Shown here piece by piece: positions 52,151-62,680 of a DNA stretch of 64,000 bases. Position 1 is the stretch's first letter; every line of letters begins with the position of its first letter. The translations under genes and the position numbers were made by a program. Source of the stretch: Raja brachyura (taxonomy: Eukaryota); the NCBI GenBank assembly GCA_963514005.1, contig OY740806.1, positions 22,196,001 to 22,260,000 of the forward strand. The letters run 5' to 3'. Under the pieces are notes generated by a model. The model was not told where the DNA came from. It saw only the letters and a list, made by a program, of their open reading frames with translations, and ran no database searches.

Positions 52151-52650
52151 TGCCGACAGCCCGCAGAATCGTGTGGGCTGCGGTGTAAGTCGGGCTGCTG
52201 CTCTGCCATTGCTAACTGCAAATGGCGAGCCTGCAAGCCCCTAGTTATAAAATAACTGCCGACAGCTCGCAGTATCCTTGCGGCTGCGGTGTAAAATCGG
52301 GCTGTGCTCTGCCGTTGCTTACTGCACACGAGAGTCTGCAAGCCCCTAGTTAAAAATAACTGCCGACAGCCCGCAGTATCCTTGCGGGCGGCAGTGTAAA
52401 ATCGGTCTTATGCTCTGCCGTTGCTACTGCACACGGCGAGTCTGCAAGCCCATACTTCTTTAAAAATGCCGACAGCCCGCAGATCCTTGCGGGCTGTGGT
52501 GTAAAATCGGGCTTATGCTCAGCCGTTGCTTACTGCATACGGCGAGTCAGCAAGCCCCTACTTACTTATAAATGCCGCCAGCCCGCGACCTGCGGGCTGC
52601 GGCGTAGAGTCGGCTGCCTCTGCCGTCCTCCGCCGGCGAGTGTGAACCCG
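52151..52650. repeat. Tandem array of five ~105 bp GC-rich double-hairpin units in the DIRS 5' leader
   Basis: Units start at 52151, 52257, 52361, 52467 and 52573 (TGCCGACAGCCCGCA...CAAGCCCC). The fifth is more diverged. Confidence 0.92.
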
Positions 52651-53034
52651 GACCTACCTGGGTCAACGGGCTCTCCCGACTCCATGTACTAGAGCCGCCG
52701 CTGACTGCCCGCATACTGCGGTCCGCAGTCAGTGTTGAAGCGGCCTGGAGTACTCTGAAAACAGAGACCCTGTAAGAAAAAACGGACGGCGGGTTAGTTT
52801 TCCACTTACCTGCAGGTCCAGCAGTGGAGGAGCAACGCTCCTCCCTGCCCGTCTGTCGCACGCGCGTCGACGATATGGCGCGCATGCGTGCTGGCGGGTT
52901 CTTCATGAAGTCACTCACGTGACTCCGAAATGAAATAATGTAGATGTCTCCTTCATGATGTTAATCAAGTGCTTAAGCGCAATTTCAGAGTAACATTGCA
53001 AAGAGTTCCTATGCATTTCACTTTCTCCTATAAT

Positions 53035-53216
53035 CTACTTAGAAAGGGATTGGTGATGTTTGGAAATGAATCCTCAATTTATTTTATTTAAAAAAAATTA
53101 AAAATAAATAAAATTCTATGGATGTACGGAAACTTAATTATTTCTTCCATGTAAAGCACTTTGGTTTCAACGCGATTTGATGTAAGCGCGCTATATAAAT
53201 ACAATTTACTTACTTA
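53035..53216 (+). mobile_element. L2-like LINE 3' end
   Basis: tgtaaagcactttg...gcgctatataaat followed by a (TTAC)n tail. Confidence 0.55.
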
Positions 53217-53756
53217 ATGACTGGAGGCCTGAGACAGATAGGAGGTAAATATTGTAAAAATCCACCTATGGCCATTCTACAAATTACAAAGGGAATGCTT
53301 TCCTGGAAAACATTTCATACCACACAAATGTTGTGTGCAGAATGTATTGACGGGATTTTTGGACAGCGTTTTCCTATACATGTAACGAGGTATGCTACTC
53401 ATTACAGTGAAAATTAGATTTGTAAAAGGAGAGTTTGTAAATTGAAGAATGCTTGTATTGTGGAATGATAAGAACGCTCTAGTTCATTTGGCATCAGTCA
53501 AAAATCCCACGCTGCCTTCATGATCGTCACTTGAGAAACCTCTCCGGGTATGCAGAACTGTGGGGGTTTTTTTGAAGATAGACCCAAAATGCTGGAGCAT
53601 GACAGGCAGCATATCTGGAGAGAAGGAATGGGTAAGGCTCTGGGTCAAGACCCTTGTTTTACTGCAGTTGGCCAAGCAAAATGTTCCATAATAATTCTGG
53701 GGAGTAAGGGTTTATGATCTCAGTTCTTCACCTGATTGCTGACCCCAACCAGGGGG

Positions 53757-53975
53757 AACAAAGAACTGCAGATGCTGATTTATACCAAAGATAGATACAA
53801 AGTGCTGGCGAAACTCAGTGGGTCAGGCAGCATACCTGGAGAAAAAGTATGGGCGATGTTTCGGGTCGGGCCTGGGTCGGGTCCGAAGAAGGGTCCCAAC
53901 CCAAAACATCACCCATCCTCTTTCTCCAGAGATACTGCCTGACCTACTGAGTTAATCCAGCAGTTTGTGTCTATC
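53757..53975. mobile_element. Palindromic Penelope-derived short element (degenerate hammerhead)
   Basis: gaactgcagatgctg...ccgaagaagggtcccaacccaaaacatc...tttgtgtcta with inverted arms. Confidence 0.75.
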
Positions 53976-54789
53976 TTTACTACAAAAATGCGGGTCCCCA
54001 TTGACTTCCCCAGTAACCAACTGTGCTGCAATCGTTCGTTCATTGGATCTTGCCTTTACTGAGCAGATGTCCTGCTGGATTAGTTCTTCGTGTGGAACCT
54101 GATATTATGCTGGCTGTGCCTGACCTGTTGTATCACATGTAAGTGGTGCTGGAGCCTGATATAACTGGCAATCTTTTACAGTTCCTGCTAATCCTGATCG
54201 ACTAAATGCTGTGCAAAAGACCATCAAAGCCAATATTCCATTTGCCAAACACTGCAGGTTCAGCTGAAGTAAACAGTAATATACCCTTTAGATTATAATC
54301 AACACCGCAGATTGAAGATTCTGAAGCCATACTGGTTGATAAGGAAGGGGCCAATGCCATTGAAATATGGAATTCTTTCCAATTAATTTAATCAGTTATC
54401 GACATACTCAGAGCAATTTTGTAGAAATGCATTTTTTCCTAACAATGATATGTGTAAATGTGAAGTTAATGAGAAGATAAAGGAGTCGTTTATTGGAGGC
54501 TGAAATTGTAACTGACACAAATAAAGTGCATGTAGTTATTGGAGGTCAAGGGAGCAGTGCACACGTTCTGCCATCAACTGCATCATTTTCCAACTCCCTT
54601 TGCACATCAGGTTGATCCTGCTTGATGACACATTTCATACTGGCCTGATGACTGGACAACATGTTGGCTTGGGATGAGCAGTGACAATATATAAAATTGT
54701 ACAAAAATGTCAACATCAACATCATAACAGAATCAAACTCTGTCACCACTAACCCCTCAGGGTGATCACTAACGTAAAGGCCAGATGGA

Positions 54790-55452
54790 GCATCCAGTGC
54801 TACACTCTTGCATCAGACACCGGTGATGTAGGTGCCCAGCCTCTCAACAAGAACCATCAAGAAAGAGAAGTGAAACAATGTTACTGTGATCTCCAATTTG
54901 GGCCGCATGGCCAAAGGGACCATCAAGTCGTGGCTGTACCCCAGCAGCAGGCCTGGCTCGTCCGTTGTGAAACCGGAGAACCCGCCTGGAGAGGGAAGCA
55001 GCCGATCCTGGCACCTGCTCATCCCCGAGGACCAGAGGAACGGAGAAGAGAGTGGAGAGAATTGGCGATGGCGGATGCAAAAACAAAGAGCTGGTAAGAA
55101 GAACTGGGGGTCTTGCCTTCCGCGCCCTCAAGGTCATCTGCGGGTGGCGTCCCCAGAGCTCACAGGCTGAAAGGTGTCTGGGCTATGACGGTTCGCTATG
55201 GGCTATGATGATCCAGATTATGGTGATGGCTGCCACGGCTCTCTATAGCCAGCTGCAGCTTGGACTTTGAAAATGGTGCCAAACCTGACGATGCTTGATT
55301 ATGGTCTCAGTGTGCTAATTCTATAAACAATTTGTACCTAATCTGGGATTGTACTTATTATGTATGGTAATAAATTACTGAACTGTATGGACAAAAAAAA
55401 AGTAATTTCGCTAAACCTCGGTACATGTGAAACTAAAGAACCATTGAACCAT
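54790..55452 (+). mobile_element. GC-rich non-autonomous retroelement with a LINE-like 3' end
   Basis: 3' end cctcggtacatgtgaaactaaag + (aaccattg)n. Related tails occur inverted near 8813-8922, 59160-59330 and 61812-61895. 5' boundary uncertain. Confidence 0.55.
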
Positions 55453-56195
55453 CATGGTGAAGGTAACTTGATCTGGATCTGCGTTACTTTTTGGTCTTCA
55501 TCTGCTCCAAAATCCTAAAATTCCTAAAGTAATATTGTTACCAAGCCACCAAAAATGGAAGATGGCTCAAAGGTTTAAGGAATGGGTTCACCACCACTTT
55601 CTCAGAGTAACTAGTTAATAACATTAATAAATGTGTCCCTGCCAGAACTTCCTATATCCAAGAACAAATAAGGAATATAAAACATGTGGGGAATGGATCC
55701 ATATTACCGATGTACTAAAACAGTGAGCTGTAATAGTGTGACTATCTTTGATTTAGTCATACATGCCTCGTTTCGGAAAAAATGAACAATTCTTCTCTCT
55801 ATTAAAAATGTTCACGTAAAAAAGGTTCTTTGGACTTTCAAACAGGTGCTGAGATATTTAGTCTCTTCAAGAAATCTTTCTTAGCTACAACATTAAGATT
55901 TAATGGATGAGCATTGACTGTGATGTAAACTGGTATTTATTCTCAGTTTACACATTCAGTTCATACAGCCTGATCTTTGATAAAGTGCTGGAACTGATAA
56001 AGTGCAAATTCTGAACGCAAATATGATCTCATAAGTCCAACCTAACTGTTTATGTAGGGAACGTTGTCATCAGAGTGAAATAGTAGAGCAGAAATTAATT
56101 TGTGTTAAGAGATTTCAAATCTCTAATTATAACAATAATAACAATTTTGTTCTTTTTCCTCTTCTTCGCCTCCTCCTTCCGTCATGTCTGAGGAT

Positions 56196-56587
56196 AGAAA
56201 CATAGAAACATAGAAATTAGGTGCAGGAGTAGGCCATTCGGCCCTTCGAGCCTGCACCGCCATTCAATATGATCATGGCTGATCATCCAACTCAGTATCC
56301 CGTACCTGCCTTCTCTCCATACCCTCTGATCCCCTTAGCCACAAGGGCCACATCTAACTCTTTCTTAAATATAGCCAATGAACTGGCATCAACTACCCTC
56401 TGTAGCAGAGAGTTCCAGAGACCCACCACTCTCTGTGTGAAAAAAGTCCTTCTCATCTCGGTCCTAAAGGATTTCCCCCTTATCCTTAAGTGGTGACCCC
56501 TTGTCCTGGACCTCCCCAACATCGGGAACAATCTTCCTGCATCTAGCCTGTCCAACCCCTTAAGAATTTTGTAAGTTTCTATAAGAT
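56196..56587 (-). mobile_element. CR1 LINE 3' fragment, same young family as 37996-38938
   Basis: LIETYKILKGLDRLDAGRLFP... and an (ATAGAAAC)n tail on the plus strand. Confidence 0.95.
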
Positions 56588-58084
56588 GATTTACTTCCAC
56601 TCATTCTCATTTTTAATTTCATTCTTCTATTGATGCTGGATGTTGTAAAGTTCTTACTGCATGGACTCAGAAGCCTTCGGGTGTTCTTTGATAAATACCA
56701 CATTTGTCCTTCTATCAGGGCTCACTTTCCCACGGAGTCAAGTAAAAAGAACTTACATCAGAACTTCCACAACCTCAAAATCCGTTAAGCCAATTTCAAC
56801 GAAGAAAGTAACTTTCACAGTAGCTATGATTGGGGCTGGCTATTAGTGTTCCTCTTCTCTTGGTGTGTCTGCTCAGGTTATTTATTGTGTTTTCCTCGGT
56901 TCCAGAAAAGGCTGGGGCAGTTGAATGAGATGTGAGCCAACTCTTGTAAAGCTGGGGATTCACTGACAGCAGAATGTAGGACTAATCTCTGCTTGTTTTG
57001 GAAAATTAAACAAACAAAACTGCAAATCAACAAAAGCCAATGCCATGAATCTCGGTAAATTTAGGATATTGTTGTCAAAGCCATTGATGGATTTGTCTGA
57101 ATCCAGCCTACTTATTTTAAATTCATTAAGTCTCTTATTGATGAAAAGTCCGTTTCTAATGGACACACGCTCAACTCCACACCATTCACAACCAACAGTA
57201 AACTATTCAATTATATCTACTTTTCAATACTGTCCTGAAGAGAAGGCAATGTAGTAAACTGTAGGAGACAGCCCAGAACTAATGAACAATAGACGGGTAA
57301 AATCCATGAGCATTCATGAATCAGAATGGTGGCACAAGCTGAGTGAAAAGTATTGTAACTATAACAAAATCACGGACTGTTCCACAGAAGTTGGATGAAT
57401 CAATTTTAAATATTATCATTGCAATGAATCACTCATCATCTCCCAGTGAATTCAACATTCTTTGAATACATCAGAAAGGTAAAGTATGAAAATCAACTAT
57501 TTGGACTTTGTGTTGGTAAGGGTGATTACACTTTGACAGGGGCATTCACCCTATTTCCCTTATTTCTCCCTTTGCAACCAAAAGGTTGAACTGAGAAATG
57601 AAATACCAGGATACAGACAATATGATCCACGATCTGCCGAGTACTGGGCTGTTGGGGAGGACTTTGCTTCACTCCGACCCAACAATGGGTTTCAACAAAG
57701 AATGAGGGAATTAACTCATGAGTTCCAATCTTCTAGAATGCCACAATAGTGCAGCTTGGCTTGGCTGGCTTTACTTATTTTGTCAATTGAAATTCTTAAA
57801 ATACATATTTAAATATGATGTGGCTCTCACTGACAAAGCATCGTTTGGCGTTTGTCTTTAAATGTCCCTGGTGAGGAAAAACTTAAAAGACAACCACACT
57901 GTTGGGTCTGGAGTCATGTATAGGCCAGGCTGGGAATGGATGCCAGATTTCTTGTGAAGTACATTGATGAACCAGTTTGGATTTTTATGATGATCTATGG
58001 CTACGAAGATTTCATTCCAGATTTCTTTAATTACCTGAATTTATATATTACATCTCTGCACTGTGGTTCAATTCAATGTTCAAT

Positions 58085-58394
58085 TTTAGTCTAGTTTAGT
58101 TTATCTTAGAGATACAGCGCGGAAGCAGGCCCACCGGGTCCGCGCCAACCAGCGATCCCCATGGACTTACACTATCCTACACACTAGGGACAATTGACTA
58201 TTTAACCAAAGCCAATCAGCCTACAAACCTGTACGTCTTTGGAATGTGGGAGGAAACCAGAGATCCCAGAGAAAACCCTTGCTGGTCATGGGAAGAACAT
58301 ACAAACACCGTACAGACAGCACTTGTAGTCAGGATCAAACCCAGGGCTCTCGCACTGTAAGGCAGCAGCTTTACCGCTACGCCACTGTGCCGCC
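58085..58394 (-). mobile_element. V-SINE (HE1-like)
   Basis: A box TGGCGTAGCGG and B-box-like GGTTTGATCC on the minus strand; V-domain; tail. Confidence 0.88.
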
Positions 58395-60048
58395 TTAATT
58401 CTGGATGCTTGTCCAATAACTAAGCCATGATGCTGGTGCACCCAACAACTTCAGTCTCAGTCTGCGTTGAAACCGGATTAAGGGATACCTTTTTGAACCC
58501 ATATCTATGTATAAATAGCACATAATCTGCCATTTTACAGAAACAAGAAACTATATTTGCTGGAATCTTGAGCAAAGAACAAACTGTGGTGGAATTCAGC
58601 AGACCAGGCAGCATTGGCTGAAGGAAACGGATGGACAATATTTTATGTTGGGACATTCCTTTCACTGATGCTGAGCTCCTCCAGCAGTTTCTTTTTTGCT
58701 GCAATTTTGAAGCATTTGTGCCTTTTCCTGAAATCCTACCCAGTGGAAAAATAGCTGAGATAGTTCCTGATTCCTCCTAAAGCCAGTGTACCTTCCCCCT
58801 TACATTTTCATTTTATTTTAGTAGGAGAACATTCAGCCCATAAATCTATACTATCTCTCAGAGTAGTCCCATAGGCCCAATTCCCCAATTTATTTCTCTG
58901 AACCTATTCTTTCTCACACATCCAACCACACAGGGAGTAATTCATAGTGGCCAATTAATCTACCAATGAGCACATCTTTGGAATATGGAAGGAAGATGGA
59001 GCAGCCAAGGAGGAACCTATGAGGTCCTGGGGAGAATGGATAACACCGGTGGACAGAATTCAACATGTGTTGCTGGTGTTGTGAGATAGCGACACTATGC
59101 GGAATGAGACTATATCTGTGCAGACACATATGCCTATATCTATTAGTATGTACAGTGTATTAGTTTAGCTTAGTTGATTATTGTCACGTGTACTGAGGTA
59201 GAGCGAAAATATTTTTTGTTGCATGCTATCCAGTGGCTTATTTGTAATAATGTATAGTCTTTCCAATGACTATATGTTATTACAAATAAGCCGTTGATAG
59301 TGTACAGATACAGGATAAAGTTTATAACATTTAGTGAAATTCTGCTGCTGAATAAAGATTTAAAACAGTGGAGTGAATGCAATGTATGATAGATCCCATT
59401 CTGGGACTAGCATGCAAGGAGTAACCTGGCCTAGCACCATCTTGGATCAATTATTGACTTAACTATAGAGGTAAGATTAAAATATAACCACCCTGGACTA
59501 CCTGGGACCTGTGATATTAACATACAATCCATCCTGGAACCCTTTACACTAGAAGTAATGGAACCTGGATGATTTAATTGGTTCTACCTGGGATATTGTT
59601 TTTATATCCTGAATATCTTCATTGCCTGGAATCCAAAGCTGAAACAGCCCTCAGTATTGATCAAAGCTTCCGCAACTAATAACTGGTGCTCACAGGTTCT
59701 TTGATCTGCACCCAATGGCTGCCACTGATCACAGGGTTTTGGAACCATCCTTGACTAGAGGGCATGAATCACTCACTCCAAGCTTATGGAAAGTAATGGG
59801 AGAGATGCGTCTGTCAGGATGAGATGCTTTAACAATGCTGACTTATTTCCCATACGTAAGCACATGTCTGAGAAATACAAAGATCAACTTTTTAAGTGCG
59901 TAAATTTATTAAAGCAAGATTTTAATTTCAACATGTTTCGATGCTTTCTATCAAGGGCTAACAGTTCAGTCCATGGATAATGGGTGGACATCTGCCTTTC
60001 GAGTGGCAAGTGTGTCCCTTCCCAAATGATAGGCCAGGTCCTACTTAC

Positions 60049-60210
60049 CCCTCTTTCTCTTATTTTTCCGCTTCCTCTGCCTGTTCACAAAGCATGCAGC
60101 CAGAGTGCTGAATAAAATGGCTGCTGCCAGGAAGCAAATGGTGGCGACAATCCCAGCCACAACTGGACGCGCCAAGCCTTCCTCCAGCACCTCAGGCGGT
60201 GAAAAGATGT
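60049..60210 (-). CDS. IGSF9B: IGSF9B transmembrane exon (DIFSPPEVLEEGLARPVVAGIVATICFLAAAILFSTLAACFVNRQRKRKNKRKR)
   Basis: Hydrophobic helix followed by a basic stop-transfer cluster. Acceptor gtgcttttag|, donor |gtaagt. 162 bp, phase 1 to 1. Confidence 0.96.
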
Positions 60211-60314
60211 CTAAAAGCACAGAGAACTTGTCAAAGGAAACAACTATGGCCCACACATTTGAACAACTTTATACAATGGAGGCTTCATCAAACAGAAACT
60301 TACGCATGGCTTAC

Positions 60315-60399
60315 CTGAGCTAGAAACCCCGACTACGTTGCTTGGCTCACTGATCAGGTCCTGCATGACAGCCATTACACGGAATTCATACCAGGAGTC
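60315..60399 (-). CDS. IGSF9B: IGSF9B coding exon, FN3-2 C-part (DSWYEFRVMAVMQDLISEPSNVVGVSS)
   Basis: FN3 YEFRVxA motif. Acceptor ccctctgtcag|, donor CAG|gtaagc. 85 bp, phase 0 to 1. Confidence 0.95.
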
Positions 60400-61636
60400 C
60401 TGACAGAGGGAGGAAATAAAATGTCCACTTTTTATTCTGTTATCTCTGATACGCATTTTCTCCTTACTTGTTCTTTAAGTAGAACCATAATTTTCTACAA
60501 GGATAAATCATCCCTTTTGCCTGTTAACATTTGAATCACCACTGCAAACATGAAAGGACACAGAGTTTAATGTTTAGAGTGCATTACTGGGGCGGGTGGG
60601 ACTAATGTTTAGCATGAGCAACTTGGGGTGAAGGGCCTGTTTTCATGCTTTAAGACTCTATGATTCTATGCTAGTTATGATCAAACAAGGACCCCACCTG
60701 CAATCACCTGCCCTCCTGCCATTGTTTACACCCATTGGAGTGCATTGACCAAACTGTGTTTTGATTTCTGCTCCATCCAGCGTCTTCCATCTCTCTCCCA
60801 ACCAGAACTCGACGACCTCTGCATTTACAGAGAGCCTTTCATCTTTGCAGAATGAGGAGTCCTTCATCTTATCATACATTGTGGTTTGATCTCATTCAAA
60901 TAGTTAATCCATTGCACTAAAAGCATTGTAAAGTTTAGCCTTCCAAGGTGAAAGTCAAGGTAAATGTTCACCTTGATGCTTCGGTAGTAATGGGGAAGAG
61001 GAAACCAGTCTCCCGCCCAATGTTCATTCCATTCAAATTATTAGAATTAAACTCAGTCGGGATCTGTAATGTGTTCACACTGCAATACAGGTCCCTGAGA
61101 TTAAAATGTGCCATATGACCAGAGAAAAAGACTCTATCAAGAGTGTATACCACAGCATTCCACTGTCTAATTGGTGGGTTCAGTTAAAATGGTGCATCTG
61201 TTTAACATATCATGGAACGCGGGGTGGACCATGCTTAGGCCAACACCAGCTGAGGAGAGGCTGAGTGGTTACTCCACAGAGTGCAGGAGAGTTCCTCCAA
61301 GCTCTACACTTTCCATGTTTGGCCCACAGCTATTGTTGTTCCCCAAATAGGAATTACCTTCTTATGGACAAAAGACCAGGAAGTAATCCCTAGATGTGAT
61401 CACGCTGTCTATATGATACCGAAACACATCATGGCCTCTCCACAAGGCTACCCTGCAATTAGCTTGAGATCTGTTCTTGGGCACTAGGGAACCTGCTGCA
61501 TGGTATTATTGGCCCAGATAAATTGATTAAAGAAACCAGGTCCAGCATTAACAAATTACAGGTTTAGTCTAACACACCCCCACCCTGAAAATGGTGATCA
61601 ATTACCTCATGTCAATATACTCTTTCGTGGGACCAG

Positions 61637-61812
61637 GGAACTGCAGATGCTGGTCAATACACAAAATGATACAGTGCCAGAATAACACAGCAGGTCAGGC
61701 AGCATCTCTGAAGAACATGGAAAGGTGACATTTTGGGTCTGAAGAAAGGTCTCAACCTAAAACATCACCTATCCTTGTTCTCCAGAGATGCAGCCTGACC
61801 TGCCGAGTTAGC
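61637..61812. mobile_element. Palindromic Penelope-derived short element (degenerate hammerhead)
   Basis: Same family; ctgaagaaaggtctcaacctaaaacatc core. Confidence 0.7.
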
Positions 61813-61950
61813 TTCAGTTTAGTTTATTGTCACTTGTACCAAGGTACATTGAAAAGCTTTAGTTGTGTGCTGACCAGTGAGCAGAAAGAAAGTACTCCAG
61901 CACTTTGTGTTCTACTAAGTCTGTTCAGTAGCTGCTCGACAATGCCTTAC

Positions 61951-62177
61951 CAGAGATAACTCCTTGGTCAGCAATTCGGTTTCAGTGCCAGGTATTGCTT
62001 CATCTAAAATCTCCCACCGTTCTCCCAGACGGAACTCCATGATATAATGGCTGATCGGATAGCTATGGTTGGCTGGTGTAAGCCAAGACAGCAATACTCC
62101 TTGGTGTGTTCGATTGGCTGTTAGGCACCTTGGTGGAGAAAGCAGCACCAGTGGTTCTCGGGTGGTTATAGGGAAAG
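61951..62177 (-). CDS. IGSF9B: IGSF9B coding exon, second FN3 domain N-part (AFPITTREPLVLLSPPRCLTANRTHQGVLLSW...TKELSL)
   Basis: Peptide resembles vertebrate IGSF9B FN3-2 as recalled. Acceptor ttcactctttcag|, donor CTG|gtaagg. 227 bp, phase 1 to 0. Confidence 0.95.
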
Positions 62178-62318
62178 CTGAAAGAGTGAACAAGGTTATA
62201 GACTCTTCTGCTGAAAGTATTATTCCATACCAGTGGCACAATTTAATGCTACCTGATTGCAAATACAGAGCATCCAACACACACTACATAATCCTCTTTA
62301 GTATTTATGGTTCGATTA

Positions 62319-62660
62319 GAGATCCACCACCAATTTTCCAACAACTGGTAGTCCGGCTCCTCTTTTAAATCAGACAAAATTATGAGAGTGCACTTGAAAT
62401 GTTCCCCTTGAAGTCCACCCCCGAAGATGTGGCACCTAGGCCGATGAGGCGGCTGAACTCTAACTCATTTGGTACTTCCATGGCTGATCGACGAGTGGAA
62501 TCTGCCTCCTGCGACTGGGGCTCGACCTCCGCCCAGCCGGAGACGGCAGATCTCTTCCCATAGCCGACTTCTGCGGGCCAGTATCTCAGCCCCTCAAGGC
62601 CATGACCTCTGTTGATCCGGTTCTGGAAGCAAGGGTGCCAGAAAATCGGTGGTGGACCTG
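62319..62660. mobile_element. Tc1/mariner-type MITE
   Basis: TA|GAGATCCACCACCAATTTTCC ... AGAAAATCGGTGGTGGACCTG|TA: imperfect TIRs with TA flanks. Confidence 0.7.
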
Positions 62661-62666
62661 TACATA

Positions 62667-62680
62667 CCACCAGGGGGCGC
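62667..62680 (+). promoter_or_regulatory. CTCF core consensus match CCACCAGGGGGCGC
   Basis: Exact match to the canonical core motif; occupancy unknown. Confidence 0.45.

Larger units (their letters stand above)
47740..52937 (-). mobile_element. DIRS1-type tyrosine-recombinase retrotransposon, non-autonomous (RT/RNase H not found)
   Basis: Inverted termini (47816-47850 vs 52870-52905). Internal complementary region 47970-48082 matches both ends. TATTT core at both junctions. Gag, methyltransferase-like and YR remnants in DIRS order. Confidence 0.92.

Noticed and set aside
52151-52650. Array as a CRISPR locus, or as twister/HDV/hammerhead ribozymes (CAAGCCC and CTCTGCC resemble twister)
   Set aside because: Eukaryotic context with no unique spacers or cas genes. 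I could not build the twister P2/pseudoknots, an HDV fold or a CTGANGA/GAAA core.
49187-52918. Multiple long overlapping ORFs (274, 267, 148 aa) as novel proteins
   Set aside because: GC-rich transposon interior where stops are rare; only the gag, MT and YR remnants have recognisable motifs.
59400-59640. Cluster of CCTGG(A/G) motifs
   Set aside because: Irregular spacing and no definable repeat unit.
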